From assembly GCF_964213995.1 (NCBI RefSeq), contig NC_135825.1, positions 12,400,001 to 12,464,000 on the forward strand: a stretch of 64,000 bases of DNA, in the 5' to 3' direction. The translations under genes and the position numbers were made by a program. The DNA is from Mustelus asterias (lineage: Eukaryota). Below the pieces are notes generated by a model. It was given only the letters and a program-made list of their open reading frames with translations, had not been told where the DNA came from and did not search any database. Positions 35,975 to 49,084 of this stretch are shown here, in pieces (position 1 is the stretch's first letter; every line of letters begins with the position of its first letter).

Positions 35975-37236
35975 GGGCCCGATTTTACCATTGCGTCATG
36001 CCCGTTGTCGGGCGTGAAAACGTGGTAACGTCGGGTGTGAGGCCATTAACGCGATCCGCGCCCGCGTCTGTGCAGATTACCACTTTACCGAAACCCAGGA
36101 ATGGCAGCGATCCGATTCGAGCCCGAAATGGGCGCAACGGCGATTTAAATGCATTTGCATGCATTTCAATTGAATTAATGAACTATCCGCCCAACTCTAT
36201 CAGCATTTCCCCCTTTACCACCGCGTTCGCCGATCCGGAATCGTGCCAAAATGAACCTGCTGAATAAAAGTCTGAATCGGGCGCTCCAGCTGCTGAAGAG
36301 CGAGTTCAGAGCTTCCAACGGCTCTCTGACTCAGCTCGGTGGTGGGGGGGAGGAGGGAGGCGGGTCAGATCATTCTCTGGTTGGGGTGGGGATAGGAGTG
36401 AGGCCAGATTGTTGTCCAGTTGAGGGGGGGGGAGGAGGAAGAGGTGGGTCAGATGTATCTCTGGCGGGGAGGGGGGTGGGGAAAGGCCGATCATTGTCTG
36501 GTGGTGGGGGGTGGGGTGGGGAAGGCTGATCATTGTCTGGTGATGTGGGGGGAGGCCGATCGTTGTCTGGTGCTGCGTGGGGGGCTAATCATTGTCTAGT
36601 GGGGTGGAAGGAGAAGGCGGGTCAGATGTTCCTCTTGGGGGTGGGGGGGGGGAGGTGAGTGAGGCCAGACCATTCTCTGGGGGGGAGGGTGGGGAGCGAG
36701 GCCAGATCGTTGTCTGGGGTGGGGTGGGGGGGTGAGTGAGGCCAGATTGTTCTCTGAGGGGGGGGGAGGAGGGAGGCGGGTAAGATGTATCTCTGGTGGG
36801 GAGAGGGGGGGAGAGGACCAATCACTCACTGGTGTGGGGGGGCAGATGTATCTCTGGTGGCGGGGGCGGGGGGTGGGGGGTCATGGGGGTCCGCTCCCAT
36901 TCTGTGGGCGTTCAGTGGGGGGGAAGGAGGCAGGGGGTCGCGATCGATTTGGGTAATGGGAGGGGGGAATGGATGGATAAGTGGGACAGTGATGTCTGTG
37001 GGGGCCATCGCTCCCGCTTTTCGCTCCCGGGCCACTTTCTCCGCTTTCTGCGGCCCGGGAGTGATCTGACACGGGCGCGCTTTTTCAAATTCTTTTCGAA
37101 CTGCGCATGCAGATTCAGTCCCGTGATTTTTTTTTCAGGCTGAGTGCGAATGGGGGCGCCTGAAAGCAGATTTCCAAGTCGGATCTGAATTAGGCCCAGA
37201 TTCAGCACTTAGAATGAAAATGGTAAATTCGGGCCC
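35975..37236. mobile_element. Non-autonomous PIF/Harbinger-type DNA transposon
   Basis: 18-bp TIRs GGGCCCGATTTTACCATT / AATGGTAAATTCGGGCCC (1 mismatch), 3-bp TSD TCA, empty site at about 59119, internal G-rich minisatellite. Confidence 0.88.
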
Positions 37237-38990
37237 TCAGTGTGCAGGTTACAATAGGTCCCCCTCCCTCAGTCTGTCACTAAACCTGAGACTCAGACTA
37301 TTACTGATAGTACACAGTGTGACTGGGGCTTATACAGGAGCTCTTGCCTTGATGTGTGTCTGTGTGGGGGTTGATGTATCTGGGGTTGAATTCCCAGCAT
37401 CCCTCTCTCTTGACTGCAGCAACTTCCCCCCTATCCCCACCAGCAGCACCCCACCCCTCACTGTATTGTAACAGAGAGGTCAATTCCTTTCTCCATATGG
37501 AACAGATCGCTGTTCGAGACCTGATTTTCTGATTGGTTTCAATGGTTGAAAAGGTTTTGTTTGAGATAGAATGCTGCGAGTGAATGTTCCATCCTAAATG
37601 AACAGAAACTCAGTTTAACCACAATGCATTCTCTCCTCAAATAAGTTGATGTTTGACGACCAACAGCTGAACTCTGAAAAAAATGTTTTCAAGCTTGTTG
37701 CACCTCATGGTGGTTTAGCCTCGAGAAAAAATGTGTTGCTGCTCTCAAGGCTGAGGTGTGATAGAAACCTGTGAATGTACGATAGCTGTTAGGTACTAAA
37801 TGAAGGTTTGTGTTTGCAATTGGGAGAAGGGGATCTGCATTGTTACAGGGCTTGTTAGAGGCAAACATCATGGTCGCTGATCCATTATTGGGCTCCATGT
37901 GATCCAGATGGAGAAACAGTGCACAGGTGTACAGGTTTCATAGGAACCGCACCATGAGTCACTTACCCCGGAGGGAGGCGCTACTGAGCTGGATGAAGTC
38001 TTATGAATCATAAACAAAAGGAAAGGCCAAAGCTGAGTGAAAATGGATGGATAGATCTCCATCGATTCCCAAAAATCCTGAAACCGTCATCAGTTAAACT
38101 GTGCTGGGAAATGAGGCTGTAGTTCCTGCAGCTCGGGAACATTGATGGATCTTTCCGGAATTGGGTGGCAGTTTTCTCAGGACTCAGAGGAATGTTCATG
38201 AACTGTTACACTCGGGATGTTACAGAAGCTTCCCAAAGGCTTGCACATGGCTAAATAACATTGAGAAACAGGGAACAAAGCTGTTTGCTTCTCATCGTTT
38301 TCTCAGGTTTCCCAAGGTGAGGACATCATTCTCAGCTCACATGTGGCTATTTATTCACAAAAACACAATCCCGACATCAATCAAAAAAAGATTTGACTGA
38401 ATCAATGTTCTGATGAGTGATATGTGGATGGAAAACACGGAAGTTTATATTTAGTTCCCTTGGCAGAAATACCTAAGAGTCTCAATCTTTATCAGAAATC
38501 GATGTGGCTCCTAACTGCGCACCATCCCATACTGAGACAAGCAAGGATAAAATGGTGTCCTGAGCTTGGATTTTATGATCAGAGTGTGGTCCCTCACAGC
38601 CTGGCATTAAAGTAAGGGGTGAGCCTGCCCCCATCTGGCTGGTTTACCACTCACCCATTCAATGCCCTTTGGGATTAAAGCCGCCTTCAAGGTGGAAGTC
38701 CCAGTTCTGGGAATGGGCTGCCAATCAAATGGCCCATCCTTCACACCCCATTATGTATCAGTAAGTTCCAGGCTGTGATGTTTTTAGCAATAACACTCAC
38801 AAACCAATCACAATCATCATTGGGGAAATAATAATAACCCTGTTAATTAGTACATTTAATTAATTGTGAAGAATTTAATTTATTGGGCAGTGAATTTAGA
38901 CACCCACAAATCTCTGTGTGAAAAGGTTTTTCTGTCTAATCCATCTACAAATTCCCTGAAATCTATGCCCCCGGTAACTGATGTCTCAGC

Positions 38991-39345
38991 TGGGGGAGGC
39001 GATGGCCTATGGCTGGAGTAATAATCCAGAAACTCAGTTGATGTCCTGGGGACCCGGGTTCAAATCCCGCCACGGCAGATGGTGGTATTTGAATTCAATT
39101 AAAAAATCTTGAATTGAGAATCTACTGATGACCATGAAACCATTGTTGATTGTCGGAAAAACCCATCTGGTTCACTAATATCCTTTAGGGAGGGAAATCT
39201 GCCATCCTTACCTGGTCTGGCCTAAAAGTGACTCCAGAGACACAGCAATGTGGTTGACTCTCAACTGCCCTCCAAGGGCAACTAGGGATGGGCAATCAAT
39301 GCTGGCCAAGCAGCGACACCTATGTCCCATCAATGAATAAAAAGA
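38991..39345 (+). mobile_element. tRNA-derived SINE (SacSINE1-like)
   Basis: Same family as 26706-27057. Confidence 0.75.
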
Positions 39346-40760
39346 AACAGGCCTTTCCTGTCTACTTTATCTGGGCCTCTCATAGTTTAGTACATCTCAA
39401 TTAGATCATCCCTCAGCCTGCTCTCTTCTAAGGAAAACAACACTGGCCCATCCAATCCTCTCTCGTAGCTGTAATTTTATATCCCTGCCAACATTTTTGT
39501 AAACCTCCTCTGTGCTCACTCCAGAGCAATTCAGCCTTCCTGTAATGTGGTGACCAGAACTGTACACAAAACTCCAGCTGTGGCCTAACCAGCGTTTTGT
39601 ACAATTCCAGCAATACATCCCTGCTTTTGTGTTCAAAACCTCACCCAATAAAGGAAAGCATTCACCGATCTCCAATCCTCTAGTACCCCTGTACATCTGG
39701 TGAAGATTGGAAATTGATCCTCAACGCATCTGCTATTTCCTCCCTGGCTTCACTGACAGCCTGGGATACAATCCATCTGGGTCCAGGTGATTTATCCACC
39801 TTCAAGGATGTCAGTCCTTCAAGTACTTGGCCTCTCATTATGCTTATTGTGTCTGAGATTTCCCACCCCTCCTTAACTAGAATGTCTGCATCATCCCTCT
39901 CCTTACTGACGGAAAGACCAAGTACTCATTGAAAACCCTGCCCACGTCTTTTGAATCTACATCTAAGTTACCATGTATGTTTCTGATAGGCCGTAACCTT
40001 TCCGAGGTTTTCTCCTCCTCTTGGTGTACTGGTAAAACTTAGTCAGGTTCTCTTTGATTTTACTTGATAATTTTTATCCTGAGCCTCTCTTTAATTTCCT
40101 AATTGCCATTTTAATTTCACCCTATACTTTCTGTGCTTCTCTCGGCATTCTACATTATTCACCTTTTTGTGACTGTCATAAGCTTTCTTTCTCTGCTTCA
40201 TCTTACCCTGTATGCTTCTGGATTTTTTTTTGTTCATTCATGGGATGTGTGCGTTGCCGATTGTTCCAGCATTTGTTGCTCATCCCTGAGGTCATTTAAA
40301 AGTCAACCACATTCTGTGTCTCTGGAGACACATGTTGGCCAGACTGGGTAAAGATGGCAGATTTCCTTCCTTAAAGGCCATTTGGCAATACTATCCTTCT
40401 TCTATGTGAGGATATGTCTACACTGTGCCTGTACACTCGTTTTTGACCCTGTTTTTCCTTTTCATCGCTGTATCCAGTCCATTTTTGGCGCATTGATCTT
40501 TGAACTGTGTAACATGTGTCTTTCCAAATTTTAGGATTTTTACTCCTGTTTTATCTTTGTCCTTTTCCATAATGGTGCCAAATCTAAATGTATTAAGGTC
40601 ACTATCACCAAAATGGCCCCCACTGCTACTTCATCCACTTGCTCAAATTAATTTCCTTGGACTAAATCTAGTCCCCATCCCCACCCAGCGCCCCCTCTCA
40701 CAGGGCTTGTTACTGCTGGCTAAAAGATTTCTCTTGAATTCAGTTCAAGAATGTTGTATC
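39346..40760 (-). mobile_element. Old CR1 fragments
   Basis: LYKTLVRPQLEFCVQFWSPHYRK; reverse-strand DKSPGPDG-like region; partly duplicated at 60050-60450. Confidence 0.7.
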
Positions 40761-42209
40761 CCTTGTATTGTTCTGGACTATCTGTGCTGGGTAAGAACTC
40801 TGAAGAAGCAACGTGAGCTTCCAGCCAACGCAGGAAAGTGACTGTTTTCCAGAAAGCAAGGTTTGGTTTTTATGTTTTTTGCATTTCCACAGCAGATGGG
40901 AGTGAGAGAGAAACCCTGTGGCACGTCTCCCCTACAGCAGCAGTGGGTTTGCCTTGTAGTAATATTACTGGAATGTTTAACAGAGGAAGTATCTACACGG
41001 GATTGTGACAAAAAAGGGTGTTTATTTGTGAGTCTAACAAAGTAGGTAATTTTTTTGAGGGAATGGAAGATAAATATTAACTGTCTAAATGCAATCCTGT
41101 GTGTTGATTTTTTTCTTTGTCAATAAATGTCATAAGTTTATATTTAAAAACCCAAAAGTATTGGTGGAATTTGTAGCTCCTGACTCCAGAACACGTATCT
41201 TCTTGTGGTAACATACAAAAAGAAAATAGTTGTGATAGCTTGCAACATTTCCCTCTGTGATTTAGTGCACTTACAACCTGCCAGGTCATATCTGATGGAT
41301 AAGGCATCAAGTAACTCTGCTAGCTGCCCATCCATTGATGGTGATTTGGGAGGTTCAAACCAATCTCATGTTGGTGGATGGGCTGTAGTTCACACCAGCA
41401 GTCTCCTCTCAGGAGGATGTGGGTGATGGCAGCATTTCCTCCAACCCTCTGACACTGCCTGTTGTAATTAATAGGAACACGATTACTGAGCAGTGCCCAG
41501 CTGTGGCAGTGGAATCTCCCACCCAGTCGGGCCCTGCGCAGACTCCACCGGCCAGAGAAAGGCTCCAAAGTTAATCGAGGTCTATAGAGCATCAGAGTCA
41601 GCCAGCTGCTCCAATCCAGCTGCCAGCGATGTGGAACCACCAACACATTGCACTCACAAATGGAAATGTAAGTCACTATGACCACCGTCACCACCCCAGG
41701 TATGCCCTGTCCCACCAGCGGGCAGACCCAGCAGAGGCAGCAGTGGCACAGTGGTATACTTCCGAGAGGGAGTTACCCTAGGTGTCCTCACCATTGGCTC
41801 CACGCCTTTTTAATTGTGATGATATTTTCCCATGTCCTGCATGTACCAGCTGAACAAAATATTGCGAGATGACGCGGTGGTGCCGCCCTCCAAACATAAC
41901 CGCGTGCCATTTCTGGGGTGATCAGGACCACCACATACCCACTTCCAGAGCGTAAAATTCAGGTCAATGTTTAAACAATGTGTCATTCACCAGGATCACA
42001 CATCGCCAACTATGTCATGGCAAATACGTCACAGGACGTTGAGTAGTTGTATCCTCAATTTGGAATTGAATACTCCTCCCAGTTACTCAATCACACTTTC
42101 CTTTCTCCCAGAATCTTCTCTCTGTGAACTGAGATCCTTTTCTGTCTGAAATCTGCCTCAGAACGTGTGTGTGGATAAATGGAGCAGGGGGTGTTCTCCT
42201 GCTGCATAC

Positions 42210-42610
42210 CAAGGAGTTTAGAAGAGTGAGAGGGGATCTCATAGAAACTTATAAAATTCTAACATTGTTACACAGGGTTGATTCAGAAAGAATGTTCCTG
42301 AGGGTGAGGGAGTCCAGAACTAGGAGTCAGAGTTTGAGGATAAGGATGAACCTTTTAGAACTGAAGTGAGGGGAAATATCTTCATCCAGAGGGTGGTGAA
42401 TGTGAGGAATTCACGACCACAGAAAATAGTTGAGGCCAAAACCTTGTCTGATTCCAACAAGGAATTAGATATAGCTCTTGGGACTGAAGGGATCAAAGGA
42501 TATGATGGGAAGGGTGGATCAGGACATTGAATTCGATGGCCAGCCATGATCAAAATGAATGGCGGAGCAGGCTCAATGGGCCGAATGGCCTACTTGATTC
42601 TAGTTTCTGT
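42210..42610 (+). mobile_element. CR1 3' fragment
   Basis: EFRRVRGDLIETYKIL; GGGCCGAATGGCCT tail. Confidence 0.8.
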
Positions 42611-43176
42611 GCTTTGCTTCTAGAATAGTTGCTTCTCGTTTTTGTGTTTCTATGTCTCGATCAAGGAGCTCAAATCTCCTCATCCTGACAGAATTGTTAC
42701 TCGTACAAATAACAAGATTCACATTAAGCAAATCAAAACAAAATATTAATAAATCTCCATGTTCCATTAGTGAAATAACTCACATTAAGAAAAAAATACT
42801 TGTTTCACTGAGGAGTTGATGGAATGTTAATAACAATGGAGGAGGGCATGTTCTAACTCCCCTCACTATTAATTAGAAAACTTCACTTGGGTCAGTATTA
42901 TCCTCAGGCTCTGACTTTTTAACATTTTGTTTCCAAAATTTTACATTCTTTCAACAATAATTCATTTCATTCTTTTGCTAAATATAACTGACAGAACTTC
43001 AGGTTCTGAGGAGCCGGATTTTGTGAAGTGGCTGACTGCAGTTTCATGACTCGACTTCCTGCTGTCTTCTTGCTCATTTAAATTTCTGATACAATTTATA
43101 TTAAGCATCTATTTCAGCGTGAGACACAGGAGCTGGGTGACTGACGACAAGCACTGATCTGATCTCCAACAGAATT

Positions 43177-43213
43177 ATGTGGATTTTGATTCTCCTCATT
43201 AGCTCTCTGCCCG
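43177..43213 (+). CDS. Gene B leader (signal peptide) exon
   Basis: ATG TGG ATT TTG ATT CTC CTC ATT AGC TCT CTG CCC G|gtgagt = MWILILLISSLP, phase 1; joins to VSGALWA. Confidence 0.88.
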
Positions 43214-44335
43214 GTGAGTAACAGCCAGAGCTGGATAGTCAGATAATCAGTGTTAGTTTAACTCTAGTCTATAGCTTATACAACAGAGATGTTTCAGAAA
43301 TGTTTAAATATTTGGAGACGGGTCAAGACACAAACGGCAGTTTTGTGTTGCAGTGGGTGGAGTCTCTGTATCTGAGCCAGGAGCACCAGGTTCAAGTCTC
43401 GCAAAAACCTGCAAATTGTCCCAATTTGCTGAAGACAGACGCTAAGAGGGAGAGATACTGGGCGGGGTTTTCTGGCCTTTCTCCCCCCGAACCCGAAAAA
43501 TCCCACCCGAGGTCAATGGACCTTTCCATGGTCCGCCCCCCAACCCGCTATGATTCCCATGGCTGGCAGGACGGTAAAACTCATCCCATTCAGTCAGCAA
43601 TGTCTTGATGTGGAGTGATGTCCCTCATGCTATAGTCTCTGACTTCAGGCTTGTGACCAGGTCCAGGAAGGACAAGCTATTGAAAACAGACACACACATT
43701 TGCTTTGTCTGCCTCATGTGTCCCTGGATTTGGGTGATCTGCTAAGTTTACAGGAACAAATACTCAGCAAATATGAATGACTAATATTAGTGAGATATTG
43801 TACAGTATCTCCTTGTGAATATATTACCGCACCATGAAAATATTTACAAAATAGACTAAACTGCAATTTGATTGTGAATGGAAAATTGAGGACAATTTAT
43901 GTTTTAAAAGTCCAGACAAGTGACGTTTTTAAAATGAAAGGTCATTTTAATTAGTATTTATTTTCTAATATAATCCAATGTGCAATTCATACTGAAGACA
44001 GCAGTGGTAATAATCCTGCAGTGAGAACATGGCTCAATTCTTGCAGTGAACGGAGATTTGGCTCAGCACCAAATTCTCCAATCTCGCCGGCAGCGCTGGT
44101 GAGTCGTGAATGGCCGGAGAATTCCGACCATTATTTTACAAAGTTCTGCCAGTGACACTGTTCCTCACTGGTGGATGTTTGATCCAATGTACTCTTCCCC
44201 ATAAATAACCTTTTCCTTTTAATTGAATGGGAAGGGAAGTATCGGAGATGGACCATGTGAAGGTGCGAGTAGGGTGGTAACCGAAAGCAAAATTGATAAA
44301 TGAAGTGAGACAAGTTCAGCAGAAATTATTTAGTG

Positions 44336-44850
44336 TCAGAACAAGTTCAGCCAGGAGGAGGGCAGGGGTGGTGAATGGGGATTGTTCAGGCCTCCAATCA
44401 AGGAAGAAGCGGAGAGCACTCTGACCCGCCTGGTGGGGGTGGAGGTGTAGAGGGGTTGGACATCCAAAGTGAAGAGGAGGCGGTTAGGGGCAGGGAACTG
44501 GAAATTGTTGAGATGACATAGGGCATCAGAGGAGTTACAAGTGTAGGTGGGAAAAGACTGGACAAGTGGAGAGAAATTGGAGTCAAGATAGAAAGAAATG
44601 TGTTCCATGGGACAGGAACAGGCTGTTTCATGGGTCTACCAGGGCAGTCCTGTTTGTGAGTTTTGGTGAGGAGGTAAAAGTGGGCTGTGTGGGGTTGGGA
44701 GACTCTGAGGTTGAGAGGCTGTGGAGGCTCCAGAGGTGATAAGGTCAGTGACAGCGATGGAAAAAATGGCTTGATGTTTAGTGATGGGGTCATTGTCCAG
44801 GGGAGGGAGGGGTAAATGTCTGAGTTTCAGATTCCAGCACCCTCGTAATT
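44336..44850 (-). mobile_element. Penelope-like RT fragment
   Basis: FYLLTKTHKQDCPGRP; LLFTLDVQPLYTSTP. Confidence 0.8.
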
Positions 44851-45196
44851 TAACTATTCTATTCGACTAGACGTCAGGTTAGCCAATGAGGTTTGCTTCT
44901 GTGTGTAAAACCACTTGACGATGTGACACAGTGAAAACCCACAGTGTGAGGCAGAAGCCCAATTTCCAGATCCCCCACGCTCTCCCAGCCCCTACCAGAG
45001 AGTCAGGAAAATATCCCAAATGTTTCAAAAGTAAATCATTGACTGTGAAATACTTTGGGACTCTCTGAGATTGTGAAAAGTCTCTATTTAAATGATTACA
45101 TTAATCACAAACTGCATGGAATTTAACTCATTGGAATGTCTGTGTTTGAATGAAGCAGTCATTTCCTGTTCAATTCCTGAAATGTTGTCTCCTCAG

Positions 45197-45511
45197 TTTC
45201 AGGTGCATTGTGGGCAGAAACGAAAGGACCAGGAATTGTGGGAAGATCGATCACAGTAAATTGTCAGTATGATGCATGGTGGTACAAGGCACATTTTAAA
45301 TATTGGTGTCACGGCACAACTCGCCAGTGTAAAGTTGTAGCAAAGACAAATTGGCAAAATGGAAGAATTTCAATCACAGATGACAAGTCACGAGGAGTAT
45401 TTGTTGTCACTGTGAAGGATCTTCGCTCAGGAGATGCAGGATGGTACAGCTGTGGTATTGAAAAAGCTGGTCTCGATCCAATGTGTCCTGTCGAGCTTCA
45501 AATATCTGACG
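45197..45511 (+). CDS. Gene B V exon: CD300/pIgR-type Ig V domain
   Basis: cctcag|TT (alternative in-frame acceptor at 45203), GAC G|gtacat donor; CQY..KYWCHGTTRQC..DAGWYSCG. Confidence 0.92.
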
Positions 45512-45815
45512 GTACATTTCTCAGTGATTATCTTTACTAATCTCCACTGAAATGTCTGATCCATGTTTTATCCGCAAGGAAACATTGACAGCTCCGATCT
45601 CCCAAGGCTCTGCAGCAGTGCAGAGTCTGGCAGCTAGAGGGCAGAGGTTGGGCAATCTGGCTGATGTGACAAAAATACAACAATCCGTGGCCTGCCCAAC
45701 TTGTCACACTGTCGGTTTTTGCATTTAGAATAAAAACAAAATTCAGACAATGAGAAAAACAGTGAGCAGCAACTTGTTACTGATGGTGTCAGTTCATCAA
45801 ATATAAAGAATCAAT

Positions 45816-46615
45816 TGTTAGCGTGCTGGACCAGAATCCCAAGATACATTAGGAAGCCAGACCAGGCACCAACAATTATTATATTTGGCATAAATGTGAG
45901 GAAAGGATCATTCCCTCCAGGAGTAATTCCACCAGCAAAGTATGGGGCTTTTATAGTAAAACAAACTTTACTTAATCACGGTTTAAATATAACTCTAACG
46001 AATGAATCAGCTGAACCACTAATGGTTGAACAATATTTAAAAATGAAAGGAAACATCTTTACTTTCTAGCTTATGAATATTCCTGTTCCAAATAAGCCCC
46101 ATTCATGCATAGATCAAAAACACTTTCAAATAAATACATTTAGCACACATAAGCATACTAGCTATAATTTGTGTTAACAGTCTTGAAGCTTTCAGAGAGA
46201 TTTTGTGGAGCGAGAGAGTGAATGGTCAGGTACAACCTGCACAATCCTCAGACTTCAGCAGAGTGCAGCTGAACCAGAACAAAACAGACCTAGCTCCTCC
46301 CATTAACCACATCATCACATGATCCAGCCTCCCTGAAAACACATTACATTCCTTTAACCAACCCCTCACCTCCCCCCCCCCCCCCGCCCCCCACCAAGGG
46401 AATCTCCTTTTCATAAAAGAAAGTCCATTTGCTCTATCCTAATAAGCACTATATGGTGAAAATGACTAATTATCCTGCTCTCCCAACAACTGATCTGCAT
46501 TCTAAAAAAACATCCCAACTGCCTGTGAATTAAAGCTGAATTTTAAACATTCCCTTGCAATATTAATAAACTATATATATATCATCAAGTACATTATCAT
46601 CACACCTCCCCTTTT
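45816..46615 (-). mobile_element. 3' LTR (45816-46604) with polypurine tract
   Basis: Minus strand AAAAGGGGAGG immediately followed by TGTGATGAT...TAACA. Confidence 0.7.
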
Positions 46616-46726
46616 AAACAATGAACCGACAGTACAAAAAGATGGCTTCCTGTTTCTAAAGCCTCTAGTTTTTCACAAAAATTAACCGTTCAGCGGAACA
46701 TCTTATTACATCTCAGCATGTAAATT

Positions 46727-46946
46727 TGGGGCGGCACATTGGTTGGCACTGCTGCCTCACAGCACCAGGGACATGGATTTAACTCTCACCCTGGTTGACT
46801 GCCTGTGTGGAGTGGACATCTTTTCCTCGTATCTTTGTGGGTTTCCTCTGGGACCTCCTGTTTCCGCCCACAGTCCAAAGATTTGCGGGTTAGGTGGATT
46901 AGCCATAATAAATTGCCCCTTCATGCCAGGGGGATTAGTCGGGTAA
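46727..46946 (+). mobile_element. Diverged HE1 V-SINE
   Basis: GGGGCGGCAC head and V-SINE core. Confidence 0.75.
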
Positions 46947-47788
46947 ATTACATCGAAGGAACGGCGTTTTATTTTCAAGTCATGCTGTGTCACTTTTTAA
47001 TGCAGTCCAGCCAACTCACCTGCTCTATTTAATCTCTCCCGAAAATTTGACAAACTGAGATTGACAGATTTTGTTTGGAAGCAATATTCAGTGTCAGAGA
47101 AATAAGCTGGGTAAATGGAGATAAGGTGCAGGTCAGTTGTGACATAGTTGAATTGTGGACTAGTTTCAAGGGGCCGAATGGTCTAATTGCTGCTCCATGT
47201 TCCGTACCCAAGTGTCCTGATGAGTGCAAGACAAAAAACTTTGATATGTGTCTTCTTTTTTCAGCAATACTCAAGTTCAGTGCCTCCAAATGACTATTTA
47301 CCAAAGGGGTTTATCAGGTTCTTCTTCCTGCACCAACTGGGATTTCTGGTCGGCAGCGCAGACAGGAAACGTTGCGTCTCCAGCATTAAGGTCAGGCAGC
47401 TGTGGGGTTAAAACAAAAGAAACTTAGCTGGATTTTCCCCTCGCTGGCGACAAACCCAGATCCCACCTCAGCCAGGTGAGACCCTCCAGCATCAGGACCT
47501 CATCCACTCTCCCTGATTGGATGATAAGTCAGGTTCCTGGCCCTTAATTGACAGGAGCATTGAAGACTGCAATAGGCATTCCCATCGTACAACATGTGGT
47601 ATCTGGACCCCAGACTATCTCCCATGTCCAGTTCCCAAACTTTGATTAAACATCCACCCCATGGAGACGTAGATGTCAGAATCCAACATGGCCGCCACTG
47701 GCTGAGATACTGAAGGGAAAAAAAAGGGAGAGTATTTGATTTTATTGGACGTTCAGTCAGTATCTGAATGGTTGTTTCTATCCCACAG

Positions 47789-48112
47789 AACCAGTGTCTG
47801 TTCCTGAACTTAGATTCTTATCACCACCAAATGCCTCATGTTCTGGGGGCTCAGTGTCCGTCTCCTGTGAGTCTGTCCAGGGATCATTTCCCATTCAGTA
47901 CACATGGTATGAAAAGACCCCGTCTGAAGATTCAAAGATCTCTGACACCAATAAACTGGATCTACATTGTCAATCCTTCAAACAACAACATCATCAATAT
48001 TACTGCACAGCCTCAAATAACCAGGGAGAAAAATCCAGTGAAATGGTAACACTGTCAGGTGTCAATAGAACAGAAAACCACTGCAGATATGTGGTACAAA
48101 ATGGAAGCCATG
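47789..48112 (+). CDS. Gene B C2-type Ig exon
   Basis: cccacag|AA acceptor, CAT G|gtaagt donor, 324 nt. Confidence 0.92.
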
Positions 48113-49084
48113 GTAAGTGTTATTTTGTACAAGCAATGTGAGCCGACACAGTAATTCTCTGTTAAAGGAACAGCTTGCTGATAACACCCATTTGCCGATC
48201 TTGTTGAGTCATAGAATCCCTTCAGTGTAGAAGGAGGCCATCTGGCCAATCGGGGTCTGGACTGACTCTCCAAAAGAGCATCATACCCAGGCCCTGTATC
48301 ATTGCAACATCTTTCTCTCATTTTGAAATCAATTCCTTATTAAAACACACCGATGCCAATTATCTGAGTTCTCACTGGAGGTGGGAAACTCTCCTGTCTC
48401 CAACCTGGATCATCGTTATAAACGAGTTTGTAAATCCACTGCCGGTGGGTAAGGTTTCCTGTCACTAATGTAAGGTCAGAAAGGTAGTCCCTTGATATAG
48501 GAACCGGCCATTGCCAATATTAGCAGGTGATAGTTTGAGGTGCTCACATGATATTCAACAATTTAATTTCTCATTGTTCCACAGGACCAGGCTGAGGAGA
48601 AGGCAGTTGGTTTGTTCACTATATTTATTTATTTATTTTAAGTTAAATTTGTGTAAAAAATCGGAGGTTATTTTTAAAACAGGAAGTGGGCCCAGCAGGA
48701 GTCTGGGAAGGTTTTTGGAGGGTTTAAAAGTGCTTAACTTGCAGTTTTCAGCCTCATTGTTCCACAGGACCAGGCTGAGGAGAAGGCAGTTGGTTTGTTC
48801 ACTACATTTATTTATTTATTTTAAGTTAAATTTGTGTAAAAAATCGGAGGTTTTTTTTAAAACAGGAAGTGGGCCCAGCAGGAGTCTGGGAAGGTTTTTG
48901 GAGGGTTTAAAAGTAGGCCGCACGTTTGAGCGGGCAGCGTCGTTAGTGGGCAGCAGAGTGAGCAGGAGGCAGAGTGAAAGCTGTAGGGCTTTGGCTCACA
49001 GGGCTTAGGCAGAAAGGGCGAGCAGGGGTGAGTTAATTCATTTTTTGCTGTTTCTACCTGGTACTGGCAAGGTATCTAGAGGGG

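Noticed and set aside
40775-41293. Possible additional LTR
   Set aside because: LTR-like composition but no convincing termini, TSD or second copy in the window.
43040-43176. Promoter of gene B (ETS-like ACTTCCTG at about 43055)
   Set aside because: A single short motif with no TSS evidence; too weak to annotate.
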